DNA from: Patescibacteria group bacterium
GTDB taxonomy: Bacteria > Patescibacteriota > Gracilibacteria > BD1-5 > UBA2023
Direction of reading: 5' to 3'
Length of the DNA stretch: 62,715 bases
Assembly: GCA_031539165.1 (NCBI GenBank)
Contig: JAVKLK010000034.1
Location: forward strand, 1 to 62,715
The notes below the pieces were generated by a model. It was not told where the DNA came from, did not search any database, and saw nothing but the letters and a program-made list of their open reading frames with translations. The translations under genes were made by a program, and so were the position numbers. Shown here one piece after another: positions 12,444-23,896 of the stretch (position 1 is the stretch's first letter; each line of letters begins with the position of its first letter).

Positions 12444-13190
12444 TTACCCTTCAAGATTCATATTCTCGATTTTCTCTCGAATTTTTTGTTCTCCATTTAC
12501 TCGGGGATTATAGTAATCATAGAGAAGCTTTACGAGAGCATCTTTGTCGAGTTCTTCGCTCTTGAGCCCAATGGTCTCAAGAGAATTTTTAATAGTGGCA
12601 ACCCGCTCTGAGTTTCCTTTGCGAAGGGCTTCAAAACTCCTCCGTTTTGCTCGGATGGTTGCGACCGTTTCTTCGCTGGTAATTGCCGACCAAAAGGTTC
12701 GAAATAATCCAAGCATTCCCGTGTCTCGGACAGAACGCTCCCCATCTTGATCAAAAGGCACCACGATATAGAAATCCTTTTTCATGATTTGAGCCATGTC
12801 AATCAGATTGGAGAGGAAGTCGATGTATCGGTACGTTTGTTCTTGAAGGAGTGGATTTGACTGCTTCAGAGCAAGGTTCTTGAGCTTGAGAAGATAGGCC
12901 TCAATATCCACCTTGAGGGATCGCACAATGATTTGAATCGGAAATCGAAGGGAATTCAAGAAGCGCTGATATCCATAAATGATAGAATCTTGTTCTTGTT
13001 CGCTCTTGAGATTGAAGTTGAGTGCCTGAACTTTGAGCACCATGCGGGACGAGCCATCCTTCATAATCATGCAGTTTCCTCGTATTTCACTGAAAGGAAG
13101 ATACTTTTGTGTTGTGGAATCCTGATGGGGCTTACGGGCAACCTTGACGGATGGTGATGGTGGGTCGAGAGAAAGTGATGAATTGCTCAT
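12444..13190 (-). CDS. Hypothetical protein resembling the N-terminal (non-ATPase) domain of Gram-positive VirB4/TraE-type T4SS ATPases (248 aa)
   Basis: Pattern ..FSEIRGNCMIMKDGSSRMVLKVQALNFNLKSEQEQDSIIYGYQRFLNSLRFPIQIIVRS.KVDIEAYL.. recognised by eye. No Walker A motif is present. There is a genuine TAA stop, and the gene lies directly downstream of the PrgI-like gene. Confidence 0.45.
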   Translation of the reverse strand: MSNSSLSLDPPSPSVKVARKPHQDSTTQKYLPFSEIRGNCMIMKDGSSRMVLKVQALNFNLKSEQEQDSIIYGYQRFLNSLRFPIQIIVRSLKVDIEAYLLKLKNLALKQSNPLLQEQTYRYIDFLSNLIDMAQIMKKDFYIVVPFDQDGERSVRDTGMLGLFRTFWSAITSEETVATIRAKRRSFEALRKGNSERVATIKNSLETIGLKSEELDKDALVKLLYDYYNPRVNGEQKIREKIENMNLEG

Positions 13191-13209
13191 GGGGGAATAC
13201 AGAGAGAAA

Positions 13210-13626
13210 CTAGAGTTTTGCTAATCTTTCCGATACAGCATCTTCTACTTCGGTGAATGCGCCTTTTGAATCAGCTCGCACTTTTGCGGTTGCTGCTGAT
13301 GTGACATATCCGACTCGAAGCATATCGTAGCTTTCGGTCCCTTTGCTCCAAACTCGAATACCTGTGTTAAGATTCACTCGGAGCATGTTGAGGAGAAAGG
13401 GAAGAAACGTCATTTCCGAGTTTTTGAATACTGCAATAAATACAGAAATGAGAATAATGAGAATAGCTGGAATGGATGCAAGCTCTGGTCCAATACCTTG
13501 CTCAAGAGATTTAAATATGGAATATCCAATTCCACTTCCAATCATAATGATTCCAATCTGACGAATGGAGAGTCAAAGGAAGATGGTATCTTCATTTTCT
13601 ATTTGTACGGGAATCTTGTATTGCAT
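13210..13626 (-). CDS. PrgI-family (VirB3-like) small membrane protein
   Basis: MQYKIPVQIENEDTIFL-G(TGA)-LSIRQIGIIMIGSGIGY.., followed by a second TM segment. The track ORF 13210..13545 extends upstream through one TGA to the ATG at 13626. Confidence 0.55.
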
Positions 13627-13758
13627 AGTGTTCTCAGTATAGCAGAATGCTTCCAACAACGCAACAAACGCTCATGTCTGACAACGGTTTTCGGTTGACT
13701 TTGGGGCAGCAAGGCTTATAAAGGAGCAAATCTATGAAGTAGCTCTTAAACCGTTTCT

Positions 13759-14715
13759 ATGCGCTTTGATTTCATTAAGCATCGTGTTGTATTTTACACT
13801 ATTGCTCTCGCTCTATTTGTTGCATCGCTTGCCGCACCGCTCGTTTTCCCAGTAAATCTTGGAATTGATATGACAGGAGGTACCCAGACCGAATATAATT
13901 ACTCGGGAACTTTCGATAAAGCTCAGGTAGAAAAACAGGTAGCTCAGGCAACTCAGACTGCACAACATAACGGGAAATCTGCTATCAATACAACGGTGGT
14001 ATATGCCATTTCTGGAGAGAAGAAATTTGTTGTGGAGGCGGGATTTAATACAGCGGGCATTTCGGATGCTGATCTTGATGCTATCAAGACAAAATTCCGA
14101 GACACTCTCACGAACAGTCTTACTCCAGAAGGAATCAATCTTGTAAAATACAATAATGTAGGGGAATCTTTCGGAGACTATATTAAAAAGACTGCATATC
14201 TCACACTCGCTCTCGTAATCGTAGTGATTTCCCTCTATATTGCCTATGCCTTCCGGGGGACTATCGAAGGAATATCGAGTACTTCTTTTGGATTTGTAAC
14301 GGCGATTTCTCTTTTCCACGATGTGGTAATCGCCTTTGGATTGTATGTACTTACATCACATTTCTTCCCTGAATTTAAGGTTGATACATTCTTTATTACA
14401 GCAATGCTTACGGTGCTTGGATACTCTATCAATGACACGATTGTGGTAATGGATCGTATTCGCTCGAATCTTCGTCTTCCAGGAAGTCGCAAGGCAAACT
14501 TCGGAGCGCTTATCAACGATTCAGTAAATGATACTATGACTCGTTCGGTATTTACCTCTCTCACGGTAGTAATCGTTTTGGTGGCGATGTTCTTCTTCGG
14601 GCCGCAGGCAATTCAGGGCTTTGCATTGGCACTCATATTTGGTACGCTTGTTGGAGCATATTCTTCTATCTGTATTGCTGCACCACTTCTCTACGACATT
14701 ACTCGAAACAAGTAA
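13759..14715 (+). CDS. secF: Protein-export membrane protein SecF
   Basis: 318 aa with the GIDMTGGT motif after the first TM segment and a C-terminal six-TM SecD/SecF domain (..VVMDRIR..). Confidence 0.85.
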   Translation: MRFDFIKHRVVFYTIALALFVASLAAPLVFPVNLGIDMTGGTQTEYNYSGTFDKAQVEKQVAQATQTAQHNGKSAINTTVVYAISGEKKFVVEAGFNTAGISDADLDAIKTKFRDTLTNSLTPEGINLVKYNNVGESFGDYIKKTAYLTLALVIVVISLYIAYAFRGTIEGISSTSFGFVTAISLFHDVVIAFGLYVLTSHFFPEFKVDTFFITAMLTVLGYSINDTIVVMDRIRSNLRLPGSRKANFGALINDSVNDTMTRSVFTSLTVVIVLVAMFFFGPQAIQGFALALIFGTLVGAYSSICIAAPLLYDITRNK

Positions 14716-14724
14716 ACTTCTTCT

Positions 14725-14770
14725 CCCCGATGGATATAATCATTCATCGGGGATTTCTGAATTTTTCGTT
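14725..14770 (+). terminator. secF terminator
   Basis: Stem CCCCGATG/CATCGGGG (14725-14752) followed by T-rich ATTTCTGAATTTTTCGTTTT. Confidence 0.6.
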
Positions 14771-14797
14771 TTACAAATAGAATCGATTCACTATACT
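14770..14797 (+). promoter_or_regulatory. Promoter of the tRNA-Arg/tRNA-Leu pair: TTTACA, 16 nt, TATACT
   Basis: The -35 is at 14770-14775 and the -10 at 14792-14797, 23 nt before the tRNA. The -10 context TCACTATACTC recurs upstream of ftsK. Confidence 0.55.
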
Positions 14798-14820
14798 CTG
14801 CCTGCTCTTCGGAGTAGCAA

Positions 14821-14897
14821 GGGTCCATAGCTCAACTGGATAGAGCACCGGTCTTCGAAGCCGTAGGTTGAAGGTTCGAGTCCTTCTGGGCCCACCA
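14821..14897 (+). tRNA. tRNA-Arg (anticodon UCG), CCA encoded
   Basis: Hand-folded cloverleaf. Acceptor GGGTCCA/TGGGCCC, T arm GAAGG-TTCGAGT-CCTTC, anticodon loop CTTCGAA. Confidence 0.8.
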
Positions 14898-14944
14898 TCT
14901 CTGATTCCTCATATGAGATGGAGGGAAACCAAAATGTAATCAAT

Positions 14945-15028
14945 GCCCAGGTGGTGGAATGGTAGACACGTACGTTTGAGGTGCGTATGCCGTAAGGTGT
15001 GTGGGTTCAAGTCCCATCTTGGGCACCA
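14945..15028 (+). tRNA. tRNA-Leu (anticodon GAG), class II with long variable arm, CCA encoded
   Basis: Acceptor GCCCAGG/CTTGGGC, anticodon stem-loop TACGT-TTGAGGT-GCGTA, long variable arm, T loop GGTTCAAGTCC. Confidence 0.8.
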
Positions 15029-15039
15029 AACAAATAAAA

Positions 15040-15069
15040 CCCCTCGTTCGCAAGAATGGGGGATTTTTT
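15040..15069 (+). terminator. Weak hairpin plus T-run after tRNA-Leu
   Basis: CCCC...GGGG stem followed by ATTTTTT. Confidence 0.35.
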
Positions 15070-15094
15070 AGATAAATGAAAACAAGGGATTATT

Positions 15095-17179
15095 TTATTC
15101 CCCTTTCACAAATTCTCCTGCCACCTCTCCTACGACTGCTCCATTTTTGGAGAGCTGTACTCTCACGGAATGTTTCCCGAGAGAAAGAGAGGATATTCAT
15201 ATATAATCCTCTTTCAGAGGCTTCCCATCAAGTAGGAAAGTGACCGTATCATACGAAATCTTCGTCCAGAATCGGATGGAGATTTTTTGACGAGTATCGG
15301 GAAGAGCAGTATCCAATCGGTACATGCTTCACGGGAGCGGACTCGTCAGGACAAGAGATGGAGTATTCGATGAAGTGTGAGGGGTGTTTTCCTCGTACTT
15401 GGGAGACTCCATAATCCGACTTTCTGGATCTATTTCTCGAATAATTGCTCCAAAAATTTCCCCAGCTCCGCTTGCCCCAGAAACTCCTCGCATATTTGAG
15501 CCGTCCTTATTCCCGGTCCATACCGCCATCAAGTATTTCTCACTGAAACCAATCGCATAATTGTCGCGGAAATTTCGAGAAGTTCCCGTTTTTACAAATA
15601 CTCGTCCTTCTCAGAAATCAAGAGCGCTCTCAAAGGGAAACTCTTCCGATTTGTATTTCTGATGAGAGAGCGCACGCACAATTGCTTGGCTGAACTCTGG
15701 TTTTACTTTGGGAGAACACTTTCCAAAGGCTGCCTCATCGAGACTGAACTCACACAGAGCTCCTTCTTTGGCAAAAATTGTATAGGCTCGTAGGAGCTCC
15801 CAAAGCGAAACCTCTCCTACGCCGAGAGTGAGAGCGAGCCCATAGTGGTCTGATGATTCCGTAAGACTTGTAATTCCGAGTGAGCGAAGAAATGTGAGCA
15901 GTGCTTCTCATCAGACTTCCTGAGCGAGCTTTACTGCAGGAACGTTGATACTTCAAGCGAGAGCTTCATTAAGGGATATAAGTCCTCGATATTGCAGACT
16001 ATAGTTCTTTGGTTCATAGGATGTTCCTTCTGCAGTAGGGAATCGTACTGGGGCATCGAGAATCATATCCGTCATCTGTCGTCATTGCATTATGGACAAG
16101 AGATACGTGAAGGGTTTAATGGTTGATCATACCTGACGTGGAGAAAAAATAGCACTCACTTGTCCTGCCTTCCCAAAATAGTTTGCTCCTCCAATGAGAA
16201 CTCTTACTTGAAGCGTTTCCCTGTCTACTATAAGTATTCCGAAGTCGGATACGTTTCTATATTGTAAATCGGTTCGGATAGACTGAGCAATACGCTCAAC
16301 TCGCTCCGTGAGGTACCCATCAATAGAAGTATGAGTCGTAGAGCTATTGGTGCGCCGAAGGGCATCCAGTACATACGGGAATTTTGATTGAGGCGTTTCA
16401 TACTGAAGGGGTTCTCGTGCAATGGTTTGTTGAGCCTCTTCCGATATAACTCCTGCTTGTTTGAGTCGAGTAAGATTTTGTTCAAACCGTATACGAAATG
16501 CTTCCGGTTCCTGTATTGGATCGTAGAGTCGAGGATTGTTAATGCTTGTAATAAGACCAAGAACTTCAGCTTGAGTGAGGGAATCAAGGGATTTCCCATA
16601 GTAGCTATTGCTTGCAGCTTCTATGCCTATTGCGAGTCTTCAGAAATGAACTCTATTGAGATACATTTGGAGAATCTCATTTTTACTAAAGTGTGCCTCT
16701 ATACGAAGAGCGAGAAGCATTTCCTCTGCCTTGTGTTTCAGCGTTCTGCTCCGATTGATTCCGAGTATATTTCGAGCGAGCCCCATAGTAAGGGTAGAAC
16801 CCCCCTGAGTTGGACCAGTCTCTCCTAAAAATGAAGATTGCATATTCCGAACAACGCTCCGAATAATTCCCGTTGGACTCACTCCGGCGTGCTCGAAGAA
16901 ATATCTATCCTCAAGAGCCACAAGAGACTGTATCAGAAAGGGGTATGATTCAAGCGAGTCGAGAGAGGCGTGGCGTTTTCCTTGAGTGAGAATTTCTCCG
17001 AGAGGATTCCCGGCTCTATCTGTGATAGTCTCTGACTCTGGAACTTCTGGTATGAACGGGGGAACGAAAATAATCCATCCAACAGCACTCAAAACGACAC
17101 AGAAAAGAGTGATGATGAAACGAGTTCGATTGACAAGAGGAATTAACACAAAGGAGGGGTGAGTTGAGTTGCAATTCAT
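15095..17179 (-). CDS. pbpC: Bifunctional class A penicillin-binding protein, PBP1C-like (transglycosylase plus transpeptidase)
   Basis: GT51 motifs EDRYFFEHAGV, GGSTLTMGLARN and a RKxxE-like KHKAEE. Transpeptidase motifs (TGA)STIKPF, (TGA)SINVPAV and KTGTS. All fragments share one frame and join by TGA only. The stop is TAA at 15095. Length 694 aa. Confidence 0.88.
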
Positions 17180-17217
17180 TTAACGAATCATAGTATGAAA
17201 ATCAACCTCCTTTTCCT

Positions 17218-20200
17218 ATGAACTTTCCTCGCTCCTTGCAAACCATTTGCGCTCAAATTACACAATTCATGAGCCGTTCTCCCATGAACCGTTTCTCCCC
17301 AAAAGTTTTTGGAGGAGGAATCCTTCTGCTTCTTCTCCTTGGGACAGGGGCATTTTTTGGCTATCGATACTGGAATTTTCTCCATCTTGCTCCAACGGTG
17401 ATAGCGGGAAATTTCAATTTAGAATATAAAAAAATTCCATATAACGCACCGTATATTGATATTACATTTTCTCACCCACTTGATCCAAAGAGTGTTACGA
17501 GCGGAAATGTGGTTATCTATCCATTTGTTCCAGGAACTCCGTCTTTGGAACAGGGGAATGTAATTCGATATACTCTTGGGCAACACCTAGAAATAGGCAA
17601 GAAGTACCTTGTGGAACTGAAAGATGGAATAACTTCAGATCGTGGGACAAAACTCGAATCTTCGATTACCTATGAGATTGAAGCGATTGCAGGGGTTACT
17701 GTGACAAAAATGATTCCTTCAGAAAAAACGGATGCTCTTGGGAAGAACCCGATTTTCATATTCAACATTCCCGTCGTTTCTCTCAGTTCTCTGAAAGAAA
17801 AAGATACCCTGCCATGCCCCGTAAAATTCACTCCAGATATTTCTGGTACATGTACTTGGCTATCAGGGAATATTCTGGAATATACAATACAGGCTCCACT
17901 AAACGCTTCTACGGAATACTCGGTTCATATTGATTGAGGAGGTGCGCTACTTTTCCCTTTGGAGAAAGCATTTGACGGAAAATTTCGTACCACGGAACTC
18001 TCGGTTCTTACGGGTTCTCTTGATGAATCTGGAGCACAACGGTTTTCTCCAAAAGAGGGAATCCCACTTCGTTTTACCGCTCCAGTCTCTCCTGCCGAAT
18101 TAGAAAATTTTTTGAGCCTTACGGATGAAGCAGGAAAGGCGGTTTCGTTTAAGATTTTGAGTACGGAAAAAAATCCAGGAGATGCGGGTTCCTCATTTCG
18201 TATTACCGGATCAGAAGGAGCTCCTTTGGAGTACTCGAAGAAGTATCTTGTGTCTATCCGAGAGGGACTTCCTCCATCCCCGGGGAATATTGTTCTCGCT
18301 CAGAAAGTACAATTTCCCGCTCAATCGAATGCGTTTATTTCCCAAGTATCGCTCATTCAACTTCAAAAAAGTGCAACGGGTGCTCTGGAAGATACGATTG
18401 ATTTGACCGGGCTTGGATTTCTTCCTCCCAAAAATGCTCGGATAGCTCTTACATTTGATGAAGATGTTGATCTCGAGGCTCTTCAGAAGAATGGGGCTCA
18501 AGAGGCAATATATCTTCAAGAGCAAGGGAAAGAAAAAATAGCCTGTATCCTTACGCAGCCAAAACAGTCCGTTCCAGAAGCACCAGATTCTCTCAAGATG
18601 GTGGACCGCCCAAATCTCCGAATGGTCTTCTGTGAACCAAAAGAATCTCTTGTTCGGAATACCCCGTATGATCTTGTCATAGAGCCACGTATTTCTTCTG
18701 GATTACGGACGGAAATTCGGAAACCCGTACCCACTCCTCCAAAATTCTCCATACAGACCTTTGATATCCTCTCTGCAACGGAAGCCTGTGTGTATTCTAC
18801 AACTCCTATTCCTTACACGAGTACTGGGTTTGTTTTCACTCCTGCAGCTAAAATGCGAGGTATAGGGGATGCCTACTATGATTACGAAAAAAAGAAGGAG
18901 GTCTGTCCTCCTCGTCCAGGACTTCGTGCCCAGGTGGCTCAAATTCGACTTGATGGGAATACGCAGTACGAGTTGAAGATTCCTGCTTCAATTCAGGATA
19001 TTTATGGAGAGTCTCTTGAAACGGATTTTGTGAAAACAAAATTTCAAACTCCAGCTCTCACCCAAAAGGATGAGTATTTGTATTTCATGCCAGGGAAAGA
19101 AATTCAAACCCTTCCTCTTTCTGCTCCCGTTGTTTTGCCGATTCAATCGGTTAACGTATCCGATGCATACGTTCGTGTCTGCAGTCTGAGTCCTCAGTCG
19201 TATGCCAAGTATACATCCGGAGCAAGGTATGCCTCAGGCTATACTCCGGATTGTGAGTCCGAGGTAACCAAACGCATTGCTCTCAAGAATGGAAAATGGA
19301 ATCTCACAACCCAAAAGATAGATATTTCTGCTGATGTTTTAGGTGGAGCTCCTCTTCCAGGGAATATCCTTCTCATCCGAGTTTCGGTTGATCCGATTCG
19401 GGCAACAGATTTTACCTGGTATCAGGAGCGTGCATTCACAGTAACGTATGTACGTACGAATCTTTCTCTTGCTCTTGAATCTGCCGAAAATAAAAACATT
19501 CTTTTGGCAACAACATTTGACGGTGTACCGGTTCCTGATTTGCGCTTTGAGATGCCTGGATGCTCTCTTGCTCTTCCGAAGTGGAATGCGACAAAACAGT
19601 ACTATGAATTTGCTGGTCCTTGGTGATCTGGATGTACTGCAGGCATGGGAGATGTCCTGATTGCTCGGTCGGATACCTACTATGGAGTACTTGCTTCCTC
19701 TACGGATGCCACATCAAACTATGATTTTGGACAGATGGGAGGGATGGATAGCATGGAACGGGAATATGTGTATCTTCACACGGATAGGCCAATATATCGA
19801 GCGGGTGATACGATTCATTTTCAGGGAATTTTGCGAACATTTGCTACTACGGCCTATGTGAATTCCCGTGCTAAAAAAGTAAAACTCAGAATTCTTACTA
19901 CCGAAGGACAACTCTTCAAAGAAATTACCGTTCCGGTTGATGGGAAGTCGAATTTCTCTGGAACACTCGATTTGGTCCAGGGAATGCGCACTGGGCGATA
20001 TTCATTTGAGGTGCTTGCCTACAATGATTCCGCAGCAAAAGAAACGGATGGATACTATGTGGTAAATGATGCGAGCTTCTTTGTAGAGCAGTATGTGAAA
20101 CCAGTATTTCGCACTGAGGTTACAAGTGGAAAAAGAGAAGTACAACCTTGAGATACGCAAAATGTAGAAGTGCAGGCAAACTACTATTTTGGCTGATCAG

Positions 20201-23200
20201 TGCCAAGAGCAAAAGTTCATGTTTCCGTTCGTGAGCAGGACTATTACTTTGATCCGAAGCAGTATTCAGAATTTCGATTTGGCGTGGACTCAAACCTTCT
20301 CGAATGTCGATACTGGGGTGTTTGTGCGTCGAATGATCGATACATTGGCATGTTCGATACACTTCTCGATGAGTCTGGAAAATATAGATTCTCTCACACA
20401 TTCACTTTGGATGAATGACAGCATGATGTATCTGATGCAGAAGCTATCCCGAGAGAACGAATCGTTACCTTTACTGCTGAGGTTGCTGATCCAAATACAG
20501 GTAAAACAGTTTCAAACAGCAGTTCAAACATTGTTCATACTACGGATGGATATGTCTGAATTCAGAGTCCGTATTGGATAGAGGCAAATGGGAAAATCCC
20601 AACAACAGGAGTGGTTCTCAACACTGATAGTTCCATCAAGGCAGGTGTGCCGGTGAAATTAGAACTGGTTCGAGCTCAGTGGAATTCGGTGAAAAAACTC
20701 GGGGTGGATGGCATGTACTATAACGAGTATGAACTTCAGAAAACGATTGAGCAAACAAAAGAGATTTCCTCTTCTCAGGATGGTCGTTTCCGATTTGAAT
20801 TTACTCCTGCGTCAGGAGGTGAATATATCGTCCGAGCAACCTATACTGGAGCAAATAAGCGGACCTATGTATCTGAAACATATAGCTATGTTTCTACTGC
20901 GGAGCATTCGGTTTGGAATACCGATAATAACTCGATAACAGAGTTTATTGCTGAGAAATCTATTCTTCAACCGGGGGAAACAGCTCAGTTTACTCTCAAA
21001 TCTTCCACAAAAAAAGGAAAGATCCTGCTTTTGATTGAAAAAGATAATCAAATTCTTGATTCGTGGATAACCGATATCACGGGCTACGCTCAGAAAATAG
21101 AAGTACCCATCCAAAAGATGCATATTCCGAATATCTATATCAAAGCATTTCTCATAGGGCGGGATGATGCGAATGCTCTTCCTGTGTTCAAGCGGGGGCT
21201 CGCTGCCGTTCGAGTTCTTCCTGATTCTCAAAATCTTCAGGTTCAAGTTCGTACTCCAAAAACACTCTACATTCCTGGAGAGAACCTTACGATCGATGTG
21301 CAGGTGAAAGATTCCGAAGGGAAGCCTGTTTCGGGTGCTGTTGGTACACTTGCTGTAGTGGATGAATCGGTATTGGCTCTCATGGGAAATCCTACGAAGA
21401 ATCCATTCGCATTTTTCTACGATATGAAACGCTATCTTGGAACAACGCTGTATGTTTCTCTCGTGAATTTAGTAGACAAATTGGAAGTAAAAAATACGGT
21501 AAATGGAGAAAAATGAGGTGCTGGAGAGGGGAATAAGGGATGAGACACCAAGAAAAAACGGGGAGTCTTTAAGGATACTGCATTTTGGACGAGCGAGTTT
21601 GTCACTGACGCACAATGAAATGCAACGATTTCAGCGGGAAATCTCCCCGATAACCTTACTACTTGGAATATCGAGGCAGTTCTTTCTACTGCCAAAACAC
21701 AAGTCTGAGCAGGGAGACACTCTATTACTACGGCTCAACGAGTAATGGTGCAAGATACTTTCCCAAGATTTGTCAGAACAGGGGATAGAATGGAGATAGC
21801 TCCAGTAATTTTCAATAGAACTAGCAAGCGAGCTGAATTCTCCATTGAATTCACTGCAAGTGGAGCTGAAGTATCAGGATGAACTCGATCAATTACGCTT
21901 GATGATGGAGCATCTCAGCCGGTTTCGTTTTGAGTTTCGATCCCTGCGGAGAGTTCTCTCCATCAGGTACAATTCATGGTCCGAGCCACCGCAAAAACAG
22001 GAGAGCAAGATACTTTAGAAAAAATCGTACCCGTGCAAAAGAATGAATCCTATGAGACTACTTCTATCATTGGTTCTACGGAAGGAAATTCTCCGGATCA
22101 ATTGATTCATCTTCCCCAATCTCGAAAAGATGGAGGATTTCTCACAGTTCGAGTGAGTCCGTCACTTCTTGGGAATGCTACTTCGGGAATAGAAACACTG
22201 TTGCGATACCCGTATGGTTGTATTGAGCAAATTACTTCCGCGGTTATTCCTCATATTGCCGTGAAGCATATGTATGATGTACTTGGACTGCCGTATGATA
22301 TAAAGGAGAAAACTATTTCTTCTGTTCGTGACGGGAAGGAAGTACAGCAAACCATTCATGCTATGCTTACTGACTATGTTGCCCGAGTAGCACGCTACCA
22401 AATTCTTAATGGCGGATTTGCCTATTGGTCAGGGGGAGAGTATGCTGATTTTGAAATGACAGCCTACGCCATGGAGGCACTTGCAGATGTGAAGGGGCTC
22501 GGGGTCTCCATCGATTCAACCTTGAGCCAAAGAGCTCTTTGATACCTGAAAGAACGACTCGCTCGGTGAGTTCGTGAGAACTGTAGAGGATCAGAGCGAG
22601 AATGTGCCTACACTTCTCTGCAGAAAATGAGAGCTATTGCCGCAATTGCTGCATGGAGTCAAGATGGAGTGGATGCGCTCAAACTGCTTCGAGCACAGGG
22701 AACAGGAAGTGGAAGTCTTGGAGAAGTCATGGCTTTACTCCATGCTGAAGAGAGAATTTTCCAGAATCCTCGACTCTCTGCAGAAGAGAAAGACGCAGTA
22801 AAGCGTTCAGCGAAGAGTCGGATTGATTGGATTCTTTCGAATCGTCTGGTTCTCGATCCGAGAGGGGCTTATGTTGCTGCTCATGGTGAAGTTTCACGGA
22901 TTGAAGCGACTGCTCAGCTTCTTCAGGCAATCTCTCTTTTTGGGGGAGGGGATTCGTCTATTGGAGATAATCTGACGAGATTCCTTGCTGATCAAAAGAA
23001 GTCAGACTCAGGATATGGTTCTACCAAAGAAACCGCAGCAGTACTCCGCGCATTCACCTCACAGGTTAGCCAAGATGAAAAACTGCAGAAAGTTCACTTC
23101 CAAGCAAAGGGAATTTTAGGAACTGATGTTCTTTTTGAGCGAACATTTGATCAAGGGCAAATTCTTGAGCAATCTTCGTATGTTCGCCCTCTCCGCGATC

Positions 23201-23829
23201 TTCCTGCTGCTCTCGGTCTCTCCTTTTCGAAAAATGGAGAAGGAAGACTCTATTTTGATGCAACCCTCCAGATACCTATTCCTTCAGAGGAAATACAGGC
23301 AAGAGATGCTGGATTCTTCATTCAGACACAGAGGTATGATTTTGCTGAATATCAGAAGATACAAGAGCAAAAAACCCAAGAATTTGAAGAGTATCAAAAA
23401 GGAAACATTCGATACAGAGACTTACGTTACCCAAAATCAGTATCAGAGTATCTCAAACCGATAGCACAATGAGCGGTGGGGCAATTGATTCAAGTGGAGT
23501 ATCGACTCATTTTGAGCGAGACACGAGATAGGGTCGCATTTGAATCTCCGATTCCATCCGGTACAGAGTTGGTAAATACAGCACTTGCTACCGAAACAAA
23601 TCGAGTATCCAATACCTCACCATTCGAAAGAGAGGATATCATGGACGATAGATTCTTCGCGTATTCTGAACTAATGGATCCAGGCGAATATGTCGGTACA
23701 TATACCGTACGAGTGACACAGGCGGGAAACTTTGGCATCCCCCCAAGTCGAGCGTTTGAGTTTTATACTCCTGAGGTTTTTGGTCAAACTTGAGGGGGCT
23801 CGTTTACTGCGTTTTCCGGGAGAAAGTAA
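17218..23829 (+). CDS. Alpha-2-macroglobulin family protein with intact thioester motif (2203 aa)
   Basis: Eight track ORFs (17218, 17959, 19645, 20200, 20611, 21976, 22627, 23476) are all in frame 1. Hand translation across every junction shows only TGA (16 by my count). Motifs seen: KDTAFWTSEFVTDAQ-G-NATISAGNLPDNLTTWNIEAV and the thioester motif YPYGCIEQ (~22210). There is an N-terminal TM/signal segment. The stop is TAA at 23827. Confidence 0.9.
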
Positions 23830-23841
23830 GCGTGTAAATTG

Positions 23842-23884
23842 ACAAAGAGTATTATTTACGTATTAAGTATTTAATACTCTTTGT
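23842..23884. repeat. Perfect 13-bp inverted repeat (hairpin) in the A2M / methyltransferase intergenic region
   Basis: ACAAAGAGTATTA (23842-23854) pairs with TAATACTCTTTGT (23872-23884) across a 17-nt loop. It overlaps a promoter-like TTGACA (23839), 16 nt, TATTAA. Confidence 0.6.
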
Positions 23885-23896
23885 TTTGAAATCTTC

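Noticed and set aside
13759-14715. Fused SecDF.
   Set aside because: The ORF is only 318 aa with a single SecF-type domain. No SecD-like periplasmic domain or upstream in-frame extension is present.
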